Source of the DNA: Tilletiaria anomala UBC 951
Lineage: Eukaryota
Assembly (NCBI RefSeq): GCF_000711695.1
Contig: NW_013547019.1
Location: 248,001 to 312,000 of the forward strand
DNA length: 64,000 bases
Direction: 5' to 3'
Shown: piece by piece, positions 63,051 through 64,000 of the stretch
Layout: each line of letters starts with the position of its first letter
How positions within the stretch are numbered: the first letter of the stretch is position 1
The notes under the pieces: model-generated
Seen by the model: only the letters and a program-made list of their open reading frames with translations
Database searches by the model: none
Told to the model about the DNA's origin: nothing
Made by a program: the position numbers and the translations under genes

Positions 63051-63319
63051 CTCCCTTTACGGCTCCTAAGCCCACAATTTTCCTTGAGCACAGCGTTGGA
63101 GCATGGAAAGGACGAATATGGGGTGAAGAGATGATCGGAATTCGGGTAGCTCGGACACAATCCCAATGCAGGCGAGGCGCGAGCGAGCGTCATAAGAAGC
63201 GAAAAGCCCCAGCATCGCGCAAATCTGGCCCACCGACCAGCCTGTGTTTGCTACACTTGCAGCAGGGGCCGAACGCTTCGACAACCAATCCTGGTGATGA
63301 CCGATGGCCGGCCGGTGAC

Positions 63320-64000
63320 TGCGCCCCCCTTCTCATGGCGGCCTCCTGAAGTCGCTTGATCTACTTTGGGATTGGAAGCGGTGGCAGCATCGCGGGTGTA
63401 CTGGCGAATGTTAGCTTCACTAGTGTTGGCTGATGGGTCGGTCGGGGTGAGCAGAATGGAAAGCAGAGTCAGCAGTTGCCTAGTGTAATAGGATTGATGC
63501 TGGACGCCATTCATCGTCTTCTCGTTCAAAGCCAAACCAGGAAACCTTGTACTTGAACTTGCCGCGATGGATGCGTGAGGCGAGGATCGTGACGATTGAG
63601 TAATGTTCTTGGTCGTCTACGATTTCTGGCGGTGGCGGAGCGACAAGTCGATCAGGGATGATGCTGAACTTGTATGGTTCGAGTTTGCTGATATGGAACC
63701 CGTCGTGTATCCTTATCTGTGGTGGAAGCTGAGGTCGAAATGTAAAATTCCCCATGCGCTCGACGATCTCTAACGGTCCTACGAATAGTTGCGAAAGCGC
63801 CCTCGATAGCTGCGTGTTTGCAATATGATCTTGTCGCAACAGTACGAGTGAGCCTAGTGCAAGAAAGAGGGAGCTTCGGATAGGGGTTGGTGGGTGTAAT
63901 CCGCATACCTTTTCTTTGCATGCGCCAGTGCCTTTGGCGCGAGCTGCTGAACTTCTCACATATTCGACAATTAGCTTACTTGCAGCAGGAACAGAGGATG
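63320..64000 (-). mobile_element. Ty3/Gypsy chromovirus remnant: integrase GPY/F domain, chromodomain and a PPT-like tract
   Basis: FVGPLEIVERMGNFTFRPQLPPQIRIHDGFHISKLEPY; PPPPEIVDDQEHYSIVTILASRIHRGKFKYKVSWFGF...W; in-frame TAG, then FHSAHPDRP; GAGAAGGGGGG at 63334-63324. Confidence 0.9.

Noticed and set aside
1..64000. CRISPR arrays, tRNA/rRNA genes, prokaryotic operons, TGA-CTA readthrough PTS1 extensions
   Set aside because: None seen; the sequence is eukaryotic, and the stop contexts I checked lack the readthrough motif

Overview
Gene-dense, intron-containing eukaryotic DNA (GT-AG introns, mostly GTGAGT/GTAAGT/GTACGT donors and CTRAC branch points). Protein content and style point to a basidiomycete fungus, probably Ustilaginomycotina (inference). 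About 25 protein genes are recognisable, mostly housekeeping: OLA1, GOS1, CWF18, ADE4, a GH85 ENGase, Y14/RBM8A, THOC1, a BAG co-chaperone, a secreted aspartic protease, NTF2, a Nudix hydrolase, RNase T2, an LEA_2 membrane protein, RPP0, a sphingoid base kinase, MED22, DSC2, CCZ1, MPP6, STU1/CLASP, UFD4, AHA1 and a MEP ammonium transporter. Decayed mobile DNA is also present: an IS630/Tc1-like relic at about 26.6-27.1 kb, and a chromovirus integrase tail plus a Ulp1-like protease relic at 62.4-64 kb. The most interesting locus is RPP0 (32.7-34.4 kb). Its 5' leader appears to encode a 41-aa uORF that only exists after splicing of a 31-nt intron, a 5-nt micro-exon and a 101-nt intron. Its long intron appears to host a C/D-box snoRNA and an H/ACA-type snoRNA aimed at LSU rRNA. 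All calls were made by eye without database searches. Exon boundaries were inferred manually, and rRNA target sequences are quoted from memory of yeast 25S.
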